This document shows, one piece after another, positions 1-7,551 of a stretch of 32,000 nucleotides of DNA (within the stretch, counting starts at the first letter, position 1; every line of letters starts with the position of its first letter). The notes under the pieces are model-generated. The model saw nothing but the letters and a program-made list of their open reading frames with translations, was not told the origin of the DNA and did no database searches. The stretch comes from Planctomycetales bacterium (GTDB lineage Bacteria; 4484-113; JAFGCY01). The position numbers were made by a program, and so were the translations under genes. The stretch lies in assembly GCA_022646745.1 (NCBI GenBank), contig CP060262.1, positions 810,001 to 842,000 of the forward strand. Reading direction: 5' to 3'.

Positions 1-1
1 A

Positions 2-2317
2 TCCGACGGCTTCACGAACTCCGTCACCTACCAGGGGGACTTCGGCAAGATCGGACGCAACATCGGCATCCAGCGCGACCTCGATGTGAACTTCGACGGG
101 CATTCGATCTTCCTCGACCATACCTGGCAGGCCCAGGGCCGGCAGATGAGCGGCCAGCCGCTCGGCTACAGCGGCACCTTCGAGATCAACGAACGCCTGA
201 TCGTCGTCAACCCGGCGGATACGCTGGCGGATGTGGCCCGCAGGATCAACTCGGATACCCTGACCGAGGTCAAGGCTGAGGTCTCAAGTGACTTCCGCCT
301 GCAGCTGACCAGCCTCAACAGTTCCAAGAGCATCAAGCTGCGCGACCTGGCCGGCACCGTGCTGGAGGACATGGAGATCCTGCCGCAGGGCGCCTTCAAC
401 AAAGCACAGACCGGTGTCACGCTGCCACTGACGGACAGCACCGGCGCGATCCATGACGGTGGCCCGCTGGTCTATCCGCTCAACCTGACAACCAACCTGC
501 AGGACATGGTGATCACTCTCGGAGGCGCTGCCAACGATGGCTTCACTGAGACCAAGGCCATCAAGCTGGATGCGGTTACCTACAACAATGCTGCCGAGCT
601 GGCGGCAGAGATCCAGAAGAAGGCTGACCTGGCCTTCGGCGAAGACAAGCTGATCGTGCGAGACGATGGCCTCGGCGGGATTGACATCGAGACCAATGTA
701 CAGAACAGCAGCGTGCTGATCGGCGACCTGATGCTGGGCGGCACTGCCCCGGACGGCACGGCTGACACCGCCAGCGCGGTGATCTTCGGCTATGCGGGAC
801 AGACTGCCGCCGGATTCGCCGGCACGGATGGCAATGACCGCTTCACGATCGACCTCGGACCGGATGCATACATCACCAGGCCCGGCGAGGAGCCGATTGA
901 CTTAAGCCCGGTGGAGATCAACCTCGATGCCTCCGCCGCCACGCTGCAGGACATCATTGACGATATCAACCGCCAGGTGCTTGACAACAAGTACCTGAGC
1001 GGGCTGGTCAGGGCCGAGGATGACGGTGGGCGGCTGCGCATCGTGACCACGGCAACCGGCACCAAGGTCGGCATCGACGACCTGGTGCTGCGCAACAGCG
1101 TGCCTGGCCCGCCCGTGCTGGCAACGGACACGCTTGGTGGGCTGGGCTTCTACGTTGAAGCGACCACCGGCGAAAGTGCCCCGCCGGTGCCTGCCCAGGT
1201 GCAGAACACACTCGCATGGCCTGCTCCTGGTGTTGGAACAATCATCGGTCCGGGAAATGAGAGCTTCAGCATCGATCTTGGTCCCGGTTCCAGTATCGAC
1301 GGCACTGATCCCGCGCCCGTGACTATCACCCTGCCGGCCGGTGGATTCATCGACGAGAACGACATGGCCGCGAAGATCAACAATCAGATCGCGTTGTCTC
1401 CGATCCTCAAGAACGCCGTGATCGCTGTGGTTGTCAACCGTGGCGGTAGTAATTATGTGGATATCCAGACCACCAATGTCGGCAGTGGAGTGGAGGCATC
1501 AGATCTCACCCTGGCGGATGTGGATGCCGGCATGCTTGCAAACCTGGGACTCGCTGCGCCAACCATTCCCGGCGGTGGCACGCAGCCCGGCATCGGAGAG
1601 ATCACCGAAGCTGACAACATGATCAACACCATGATCCAGCTGCGTGACGAGCTGCTGGGTTACAGTGCGGCCACCAGCCGCCTGAGCGACCTGCATGACG
1701 TGAATGGCGTCAGCTACGACCTTGCGCCGGGCACGGAAATCCGCATCTCCAGCGACGGCACCACCTCCAGCTTCATCGTGCAGCGCTTCAGCACCATGCA
1801 GGACCTGGCGGACGCCATCGAGCAGCAGCTCGGTGTCAGCCTGGAAGTGGAGGTGCAGCGCGACGGCCGCATCCGCGTGTTCAACCCGAACAATACCGTC
1901 GTCAATGACATCAGCATCGAGGCCTATGGCCTGAAGGGCCAGCGCCTGTCGACCTTCGAGGAGCGCATGAGCGGCATCAGCGGGCGGCTGATCTACCGTT
2001 CCGAGCTGGCCTCACGCACGACATATGAGGATGAGCGCTTCCAGCACCTGACGAACCGCATCGGCAATGTGGACCGCGCGCTGGAGAAGGTCACGAGTAC
2101 GCTGGCGATCATCGGCAGCCGCACCCGCCGCCTGGACATGACGCTGACCCAGAATGACACCCTGACGGTGAACACGCTGGACCTGCAGAACAAGAATGAC
2201 AACGTGGACATGGCGGAGGCGATCATCAAGCTGAAGGAACGCGAGAATGTGCTGAACGCGGCATTGGGCACCGGCTCACGCATCATCCCGAGCACACTGT
2301 TCGATTACCTGAGATAA
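2..2317 (+). CDS. flgL: Flagellar hook-associated protein 3 (hook-filament junction protein FlgL). The 5' end lies outside the window. Very long form with about 5 tandem IN-motif domains.
   Basis: The frame is open from nt 2 (SDGFTNSVTYQGDFGKIGRNIGIQRDLDVNFDGHSIF). The C-terminus NVDMAEAIIKLKERENVLNAALGTGSRIIPSTLFDYLR is the flagellin-superfamily C-terminal helix with a FlgL-type LFDYL ending. The gene lies upstream of yviE-like and fliW genes, as in Bacillus-type loci. Confidence 0.8.
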   Translation, partial: SDGFTNSVTYQGDFGKIGRNIGIQRDLDVNFDGHSIFLDHTWQAQGRQMSGQPLGYSGTFEINERLIVVNPADTLADVARRINSDTLTEVKAEVSSDFRLQLTSLNSSKSIKLRDLAGTVLEDMEILPQGAFNKAQTGVTLPLTDSTGAIHDGGPLVYPLNLTTNLQDMVITLGGAANDGFTETKAIKLDAVTYNNAAELAAEIQKKADLAFGEDKLIVRDDGLGGIDIETNVQNSSVLIGDLMLGGTAPDGTADTASAVIFGYAGQTAAGFAGTDGNDRFTIDLGPDAYITRPGEEPIDLSPVEINLDASAATLQDIIDDINRQVLDNKYLSGLVRAEDDGGRLRIVTTATGTKVGIDDLVLRNSVPGPPVLATDTLGGLGFYVEATTGESAPPVPAQVQNTLAWPAPGVGTIIGPGNESFSIDLGPGSSIDGTDPAPVTITLPAGGFIDENDMAAKINNQIALSPILKNAVIAVVVNRGGSNYVDIQTTNVGSGVEASDLTLADVDAGMLANLGLAAPTIPGGGTQPGIGEITEADNMINTMIQLRDELLGYSAATSRLSDLHDVNGVSYDLAPGTEIRISSDGTTSSFIVQRFSTMQDLADAIEQQLGVSLEVEVQRDGRIRVFNPNNTVVNDISIEAYGLKGQRLSTFEERMSGISGRLIYRSELASRTTYEDERFQHLTNRIGNVDRALEKVTSTLAIIGSRTRRLDMTLTQNDTLTVNTLDLQNKNDNVDMAEAIIKLKERENVLNAALGTGSRIIPSTLFDYLR

Positions 2318-2321
2318 GGGA

Positions 2322-2342
2322 GGCCAGGCAGTAAGCCTGGCT
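2322..2342 (+). terminator. Hairpin just after the flgL stop; possible terminator, but no U-tract
   Basis: GCCAGGC (2323-2329) and GCCTGGC (2335-2341) form a perfect 7-bp stem with loop AGTAA. No T-run follows. Confidence 0.3.
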
Positions 2343-2346
2343 GCTA

Positions 2347-2374
2347 TGGGGGATGAGGGATGCGGGATGAAGTA
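2347..2374. repeat. Tandem heptanucleotide repeat TGNGGGA, 3 copies plus 1 degenerate
   Basis: Reads TGGGGGA TGAGGGA TGCGGGA TGAAGTA contiguously, in the spacer between the convergent flgL and the 2388-3662 gene. Confidence 0.8.
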
Positions 2375-2387
2375 AGCGATCGCAGAA

Positions 2388-3662
2388 TCACTTCACCCTG
2401 CGACCCTGCAGCCTGATCCCGCCAGGGCTCTGGTGGCCCTGGCTCTGGTCCCAGCTGGCACGCACCAGCCAGCCGCCGCCATATGTATATAAAGCCTGAT
2501 CAAGCAAGTTCACATCTTCAGTGCAACGCAGCAGCACACGCTCCCTGCCTGACCGGCTGCACTTAACCTCCAGCAGATCGCTGTGCGGACTGCTGCCAAG
2601 CCAGCGGTCCAGCATCGGACCCTGTGGGAAGCCTGCACTCAGCAGACTGCCATCCGGCAGTTCTTCCTGTTGCCACCAGCAGTCCTGCTCGGTCCTGCCC
2701 AGCCTGCCGTTCTGCTCCAGCCAACGCGATCCACCGTTCAGCAGCAACCTGTTGCCAAGTGGCGTGGCAGTCCGCACCCATTGCAGCTGCTCCTCGATCC
2801 CGACGCGCTGCAATTCCGTGATAAGTGGATCCGCACTGTAGAAGGGCATGAGCTGATTGACCACATACATCCCGCCCCGCCAGTCATCCGTCATGTACAC
2901 AGCCACCGCGCCGTTGCCAAAGCAGGCCATCTGGCAGATTCCGCGGCAGTCGAAGGATCTTCTCGCCAGCTCCCCACCCTTGCCATCCAGCACAATCAGC
3001 TGCCAGCCGCCGCAAGGCATGCCCCGCACATTGTCAGGCAGCATCGAGCCCCCGGGTCGCTCGCCGCAGACGGCCAGCAGTGCGAAGCTTCCATCATGCC
3101 TGCGCTTCACATCCAGCAGCTGCAGGATCTGCAGCTCAGCGTAATCCCGCACCCACAGCAGCTCGCCAGCGTCACTGAAACCGGCCAGCTGGTCCCGGGC
3201 TCCAGCCAAGAACTGCGCGTCCTGCAAGTGCACGGCCGGCGCTTCGTACCTGTCAGAGCGGACTTCCCAAAGGACCTGACCGTCCGCGGAGATTGCCAGC
3301 CTGCTGCCCTGCCTGCCACGGACCACAAGCGTCTCTCCGATTAGGTCCAGCTGCGGGCCGAAGTCACCCCCACGCAGTGCCGCGTCCTGCAGCAGCCACA
3401 AGGGCTTGCCTTCCATTGTCAGGGCCTGCAGGTGCAGATCAGCCCTGGGTTTCAGGGGATCGTAGATGTGCTTATCGGTGTACAGCAGGTACAGCTGTCC
3501 GGAGGCCTCGTCGGCAAGGATGTCAACGCAGAATCCGGGCAGGGTCTTTTCCCAGTCAAAGCTGCGTACGCTGGAATGCCACAGCACGCGCTGCACCACG
3601 GCGGCAATCAGGAGCACCACTGGCACTAAAAGCAGGAACAGCACTATCCGCCTGCGGATCAT
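2388..3662 (-). CDS. Membrane-anchored hypothetical protein with PQQ/BamB-like beta-propeller-type repeats; paralogue of the next gene
   Basis: 424-aa ORF with strong GC3 bias. It has an N-terminal TM segment (RRRIVLFLLLVPVVLLIAAVV) followed by FDWEKTLPG. Repeated DG-x-hydrophobic-W motifs (ISADGQVLWEV, FSDAGELLWVRDY) are typical of PQQ-like propeller blades. Confidence 0.6.
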   Translation of the reverse strand: MIRRRIVLFLLLVPVVLLIAAVVQRVLWHSSVRSFDWEKTLPGFCVDILADEASGQLYLLYTDKHIYDPLKPRADLHLQALTMEGKPLWLLQDAALRGGDFGPQLDLIGETLVVRGRQGSRLAISADGQVLWEVRSDRYEAPAVHLQDAQFLAGARDQLAGFSDAGELLWVRDYAELQILQLLDVKRRHDGSFALLAVCGERPGGSMLPDNVRGMPCGGWQLIVLDGKGGELARRSFDCRGICQMACFGNGAVAVYMTDDWRGGMYVVNQLMPFYSADPLITELQRVGIEEQLQWVRTATPLGNRLLLNGGSRWLEQNGRLGRTEQDCWWQQEELPDGSLLSAGFPQGPMLDRWLGSSPHSDLLEVKCSRSGRERVLLRCTEDVNLLDQALYTYGGGWLVRASWDQSQGHQSPGGIRLQGRRVK

Positions 3663-3676
3663 ACCCTGATGATAGC

Positions 3677-5056
3677 CTAGCGATGCAGCCTGCCGTGCAG
3701 CTCGAACTGGTTGCTGTAGCGGTTGTCCTGGCTGGCCAGGGCAAACAGCTGTTCATTCCCATCGACACGCAGGGCGTAGCCACCGAGCTTGTCTCCAGCC
3801 ACCCGGATCATGCGCTGGCCTCCGCCAGTGCCGCCGCTACGCTTCAGCTCAAGCGTGTCACCATATGGCAGGAAGCCGACGATTGACAGCAGCGCGCGCG
3901 GGCTGTCAACCCATTCCGCGCTCACCAGCCCATTGCCAGCATCCCAGTGGAAGCCGGCACATTCCGGGCCAAGCTGTTCCGCCAGCGTCCCATCCTGGTC
4001 CAGCCGCCACAGTCGGCCACTATGCACCCAGGCGCAGTCATCCTCGAACTGCACCCGCTCGACGCTACCAACACCAAAGTCCAGATCCGGCATCTCCTGC
4101 AGGGGGTCGGCACCGACAACATACCTGTATCTCGGGCCGCCACCGATGAGCGACATGGAGCCGCACCGGTACATTGACTGGGCTCCGTATCCCTGCATCG
4201 AAAGGATGTTGCCATTGCCAAAGCGGTGGTTGACGGCCCGGTCGTAATCCGACAGCTTGCAGGAAACCTCCGCCTCCTGCGGGTTGCCACCTGCACTGTC
4301 CACCTGCAGCCCGGCGGTCAGCATGTAGATTTCAGGGTCCCAGCCCGGCTCCCCGAACTTATGCGGCTCATAGCTGCTGTAAACCAGCCAGCCGCCATCG
4401 GCCGCCGGGTACAGCTGGCGGGATTCAAGGTTCGGGTACTGCGGCAGGGAGTAGCGCCAGCAGGCCCGGCCCTGCGTGTCGTAGGCCACCAGCTCATCCC
4501 CGCTGATCACGGCACCGACCGGCTTGCCTTCCAGCGCAGTCACGGCACTTGCCATGCTGTACTTGTCCGCCGCCCAGTCCAGCCTGCCATCCGCAGTGAT
4601 GGCGAAACGTTCGCCGCTGTTATTGGCAACAATCACAGTCCCGTCCACATCCTCGATCCAGGCGTTCTCATCCGAGGAGCGGTAGTCCAGCGGAGGCATC
4701 TGCCTGAAGGGACAGCTCCACTGCACTGAACCATTGCCATCCAGCCTGTACAGCAGGTATTGCTTGGTGTTGACGGGCTGCGCTGGCTGCTGGGAAGCAT
4801 CCAGTGCCAGCAGGTAGATGTTCTGTGTGCCGGGTTCAACATGCATATCCAGCAGCTGCCCCTTCAGGCTGCGTTCCCAATCAAAGACGGTCACATGCCG
4901 CAGCCAGAGCCACTGCTTGATCACAATGAACAAGACGAGCGCAGCAGGTGCGATCAGCAACAGCAGCGTCCTGCGCTTTCCCGGTATTCCCACAGTTAAC
5001 TGGACAGTATGCCAGCAGGTCCTGTTCAGCAAGTCGCAAGCGTTATTGGACTCCAC
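3677..5056 (-). CDS. Membrane-anchored hypothetical protein with PQQ/BamB-like beta-propeller-type repeats; tandem paralogue of 2388-3662
   Basis: 459-aa ORF. It has a TM segment (TLLLLIAPAALVLFIVI) then VFDWERSLKG, matching SFDWEKTLPG of its neighbour. Blade-like motifs include RLDGNGSVQWSCPF, ITADGRLDWAADKY, YDTQGRACWRYSL and LDQDGTLAEQLG. There are 14 nt between its stop and the next start. The true start may be an internal GTG (VGIPGKRR). Confidence 0.6.
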   Translation of the reverse strand: MESNNACDLLNRTCWHTVQLTVGIPGKRRTLLLLIAPAALVLFIVIKQWLWLRHVTVFDWERSLKGQLLDMHVEPGTQNIYLLALDASQQPAQPVNTKQYLLYRLDGNGSVQWSCPFRQMPPLDYRSSDENAWIEDVDGTVIVANNSGERFAITADGRLDWAADKYSMASAVTALEGKPVGAVISGDELVAYDTQGRACWRYSLPQYPNLESRQLYPAADGGWLVYSSYEPHKFGEPGWDPEIYMLTAGLQVDSAGGNPQEAEVSCKLSDYDRAVNHRFGNGNILSMQGYGAQSMYRCGSMSLIGGGPRYRYVVGADPLQEMPDLDFGVGSVERVQFEDDCAWVHSGRLWRLDQDGTLAEQLGPECAGFHWDAGNGLVSAEWVDSPRALLSIVGFLPYGDTLELKRSGGTGGGQRMIRVAGDKLGGYALRVDGNEQLFALASQDNRYSNQFELHGRLHR

Positions 5057-5149
5057 ATATCAAGTCAGATATTTCAATACCGGCAGACCAATATTTCTTA
5101 TGGTTTGCTTAACGCAGATAGTCGGCATCCCGGTTAGCATCTCTGCAGA

Positions 5150-5704
5150 ATGGACATCCCGCGCCTGCAAATCGAAAGCAGCCCGGCCCGGATAAGCATC
5201 CGCAACGGCCGGCCGGACCTGTCCATCAAAACCCCGCCGCTTGATGTCCACATCGATAGCAGCCCCGCCCGCATTGAGCTGTCCCGTACCCCCGGCAGCA
5301 TCGAGATTGATTACACCAGGGCACGCGCCTCGATGGGTTACTTCACGCCGACGGGTTTCTCCGACCGCATCCAGCAGCTGACCGACAAGCTGCGCAGCGA
5401 AGGCATCGCACGCATCGTGGAGAAGGGAGACTACCTCGCCGACGTGGCGCACCATCCCAATGGCGTGGCGGCCTGGAGCCGCAGCCGGATGGTCCAGCAC
5501 GCCACCCGCCATGAGTTCGGCATCGCCGCGCTGCCCAAGGATCCGCCGGAAATCAACATCCAACCGTCAAATCTGGGTACATCATCCACTTACCGCCCCC
5601 CGAGCATTCAGATCGGGATGCGTAAACCGATGATTGATGTACGGATCCGGGAGAATGAGTTTTCCGTAATCCCGCCGAGCCTGCGAATCTTCGTTTCAGG
5701 CTGA
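5150..5704 (+). CDS. YviE-like protein (DUF6470-type) of flagellar loci
   Basis: 184-aa ORF directly upstream of fliW and about the size of B. subtilis YviE, occupying the same flgL-yviE-fliW position. It has a repetitive P-x-L-x-I pattern (IPRLQIESSPARISIRNGRPDLSIKTPPLDVHIDSSPARIELSRTPGSIEID). The family assignment comes from synteny and pattern memory, not a search. Confidence 0.55.
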   Translation: MDIPRLQIESSPARISIRNGRPDLSIKTPPLDVHIDSSPARIELSRTPGSIEIDYTRARASMGYFTPTGFSDRIQQLTDKLRSEGIARIVEKGDYLADVAHHPNGVAAWSRSRMVQHATRHEFGIAALPKDPPEINIQPSNLGTSSTYRPPSIQIGMRKPMIDVRIRENEFSVIPPSLRIFVSG

Positions 5705-5730
5705 GGATCCGGCGGTGGGTAGAGGCAGTC

Positions 5731-6189
5731 GTGATCTTCAACAGTGAGCGCTTCGGCAGGATAGAGTACACAGAGCAGGATGTGGTCCGCTTCCCGCAGG
5801 GTCTGGTCGGCTTCCCCGACATGACCTGCTTCTTCATCCATCGGGATGAGCGCGTATCACCGCTGGTCTGGCTGCACAGCCAGGATGACCCGAACCTGGC
5901 CTTCCTGCTGGCCGACCCCTTCGAGTTCATCCCGAACTACAGCCTCAAGCTGCACCTGCCGAAATCCGTGCGCCGCGAGATGGGCAGCGAGGAGCACCTG
6001 CGGGTGAAGTGCATCGTGACGATCCACCCCGAGTTCTCCAGGAGCACGCTCAACCTGCTCGGCCCGCTGATCATCAACAGCGCGGAGCAGAACGGCTGGC
6101 AGGTGATCCTTGACGACGACTCGCTGTCAACGCGCCACCCGCTGTTCCCGGCGAGCGTCGTGCGCGAGGAGAGCGTGCGCGCGATCTAG
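5731..6189 (+). CDS. fliW: Flagellar assembly factor FliW
   Basis: The N-terminus MIFNSERFGRIEYTEQDVVRFPQGLVGFPDMTCFFI, then PLVWLHSQDDPNLAFLLADPFEFIPNY and TLNLLGPLIIN...GWQVIL, match the conserved FliW pattern. GTG start with GAGG 5 nt upstream. Confidence 0.9.
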   Translation: MIFNSERFGRIEYTEQDVVRFPQGLVGFPDMTCFFIHRDERVSPLVWLHSQDDPNLAFLLADPFEFIPNYSLKLHLPKSVRREMGSEEHLRVKCIVTIHPEFSRSTLNLLGPLIINSAEQNGWQVILDDDSLSTRHPLFPASVVREESVRAI

Positions 6190-6229
6190 CGCAGCAGTCG
6201 ATCAGGGGACGGGGTAATCGGGGACAGCT

Positions 6230-6340
6230 TCAGCGCAAAAGCGCGAACCAGGCGTCAACGTCGACGCGGCTCATGATCACCTGGGTCAGGAAACAGCCGG
6301 CGGTCAGCGAGAACGCCAGCATAACGAGGGTCCGGTCCAT
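6230..6340 (-). CDS. Small hydrophobic protein (36 aa), hypothetical
   Basis: Hand translation gives ATG..TGA: MDRTLVMLAFSLTAGCFLTQVIMSRVDVDAWFALLR. Third-codon positions are almost all G/C, as in the real genes here. It falls below the 60-aa cut-off of the ORF track. The RBS is weak. Confidence 0.4.
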   Translation of the reverse strand: MDRTLVMLAFSLTAGCFLTQVIMSRVDVDAWFALLR

Positions 6341-6380
6341 AACACAGTCTCACAGTGGGGGATTTGGGGCCAGGGGAATA

Positions 6381-6518
6381 TCAGGCGGGGGGAATGTTGC
6401 CAAGCACATCGCCAAGCCCGCTGATCACACCGTACATCTTCCATGCAATGAACAGCACGCCGATGAAGGCTGCCCAGAAGAAGGGGTTGAATCGCAGGCC
6501 GAACTCGTTCTCGTACAT
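6381..6518 (-). CDS. Small membrane protein (45 aa), hypothetical
   Basis: Internal ATG of the 80-aa track ORF, preceded by AGGAAAGTGGAA. Product is MYENEFGLRFNPFFWAAFIGVLFIAWKMYGVISGLGDVLGNIPPA, with one clear TM helix and strong GC3 bias. Confidence 0.55.
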   Translation of the reverse strand: MYENEFGLRFNPFFWAAFIGVLFIAWKMYGVISGLGDVLGNIPPA

Positions 6519-6679
6519 TTCCACTTTCCTCACACGGTCTTTCCAGGGTTTCCCCCGTCCTGTCCTCATGCAGGCCAGGCCGGGATGAAAGAGCTGGCTG
6601 CCCGGACCCTGGATTCCGGGCAACCGTATTTGTTACCCGGGGTGTGGGGAGTGTAAACAGGGGCGCGTAGGTAAACCTG

Positions 6680-6763
6680 TTCCACGTTCACTTCCATTGC
6701 CTCCCTGATCACCGCTCCCCGTTCCCTGTTCCCAGATCCCTGGTCCCTGGTCCCTGGTTTGAC
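6680..6763. repeat. Tandem heptanucleotide array, consensus NTCCCTG (CAGGGAN on the other strand)
   Basis: In-phase heptads are TTCCACG TTCACTT CCATTGC CTCCCTG ATCACCG CTCCCCG TTCCCTG TTCCCAG ATCCCTG GTCCCTG GTCCCTG GTTTGAC. The core is 6701-6756. It lies between the divergent small-ORF pair and tRNA-Ser. Confidence 0.85.
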
Positions 6764-6791
6764 CCTTTACCCGAATCTGATCCCTGGGTGA

Positions 6792-6820
6792 TTGATAAGG
6801 CCCCTGTGCTGTGGTAGCAT
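6792..6820 (+). promoter_or_regulatory. Candidate sigma70-type promoter for tRNA-Ser
   Basis: TTGATA (6792-6797), a 17-nt spacer, then an extended -10 TGgTAGCAT (6812-6820). The mature tRNA 5' end is 14 nt downstream. Confidence 0.45.
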
Positions 6821-6834
6821 ATTGATCCTCGCGC

Positions 6835-6928
6835 GGAGAGTTGGCCGAGTGGTTGAAGGCGGCTGCCTGCTAAGCAGTTATACGGTGATATAGCCGTATC
6901 GAGGGTTCGAATCCCTCACTCTCCGCCA
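6835..6928 (+). tRNA. tRNA-Ser (anticodon GCU) with encoded CCA
   Basis: Folded by hand. Acceptor stem GGAGAGT/ACTCTCC. Anticodon stem GCTGC/GCAGT with loop CTGCTAA (anticodon GCT). Long variable arm ATACGG...CCGTAT. T-arm GAGGG-TTCGAAT-CCCTC. Discriminator G followed by CCA. Confidence 0.95.
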
Positions 6929-7000
6929 TTTCTTCCCTTGCATCCCTTAGCCTCGGCATTCGCAACTGTCCGTCCAATTTAGATATTCCGCCTCGCAGAA

Positions 7001-7519
7001 GTGGTATATCCCGCCGTGGCAGATCCTGATTACAGAAACCCCTCGCAGCCGATCGACCCAGGCGTCGACATCGGGCATGTGCACCTGCGCGTCGCCGATG
7101 TGGAGCGCGCACTGGACTTCTACTGCGGTGTGCTCGGCTTCACACTTACGCAGCGCATGGGCCGGCGCGCGGCCTTCGTGTCCGCCGGTGGCTACCACCA
7201 CCATATCGGGCTCAACTCCTGGCAGAGCGAGGGTGGCGGGCCTCCCGCGCCTGGGCATACCGGGCTGTTCCATGCCGCGATCCGCTACCCCAGCCCGCAA
7301 TCGCTGGGCGATGCGATGCGCCGCCTGCAGCAGGCCGGCTGGCCGCTGACAGGTGCCGCCGACCATGGTGTCAGCCTCGCGCTGTACCTGAACGACCCGG
7401 ATGGCAACGGCCTGGAGCTTTACTGGGACCGCCCGCAGGCGGACTGGCCGCTGGACAATGACGGTGAGATGGCGATGGTCACCGAGCCGCTGGACTTCAG
7501 GCTGCTTGGCATTAGCTGA
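7001..7519 (+). CDS. VOC (glyoxalase/bleomycin-resistance/extradiol dioxygenase fold) family protein
   Basis: IGHVHLRVADVERALDFYCGVLGF...AGGYHHHIGLNSW...HAAIRYP...SLALYLNDPDGNGLELYWDRP is the conserved pattern of the CatE-like VOC subfamily. GTG start, uncertain. Confidence 0.8.
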   Translation: MVYPAVADPDYRNPSQPIDPGVDIGHVHLRVADVERALDFYCGVLGFTLTQRMGRRAAFVSAGGYHHHIGLNSWQSEGGGPPAPGHTGLFHAAIRYPSPQSLGDAMRRLQQAGWPLTGAADHGVSLALYLNDPDGNGLELYWDRPQADWPLDNDGEMAMVTEPLDFRLLGIS

Positions 7520-7551
7520 AAAGCGATCCCGGCAAGTAGTACTCTCTATCC

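Noticed and set aside
2376-2383. GCGATCGC, the cyanobacterial HIP1 octamer, next to heptad repeats, hinting at a cyanobacterial origin.
   Set aside because: It was noted only here and lies next to the stop of the propeller gene. The window encodes flagellar proteins, which cyanobacteria lack. It is treated as coincidence.
5057-5149. Sigma-28 (FliA/SigD) promoter, TAAA-N15-GCCGATAA, upstream of the yviE-like/fliW pair.
   Set aside because: I found no convincing match. The closest strings, GTCGGCAT and GCAGATAG, do not fit the -10 consensus or its spacing.
6273-6656. 127-aa plus-strand ORF, and the full 80-aa minus-strand ORF (6381-6623), downstream of fliW as possible csrA candidates.
   Set aside because: Neither resembles CsrA, which would show the MLxLxRKxGE...GxxVRxGIxAP pattern. 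The plus-strand ORF is a shadow of the two small minus-strand ORFs. For the 80-aa ORF only the last 45 codons, after an RBS, look genuine.
6680-6763. Could the regular short repeats here, and those at 14298-15031, be a CRISPR array?
   Set aside because: The units are 7 nt and contiguous, with no 25-40 nt spacers. No cas genes are present, and the repeat sequence degenerates gradually. These are tandem heptads, not CRISPR.
6929-7000. Integration (att) site or genomic island boundary at the tRNA-Ser 3' end.
   Set aside because: No integrase or recombinase ORF follows, and I did not notice a second copy of the tRNA 3' end by eye. This cannot be excluded without a computational repeat search.
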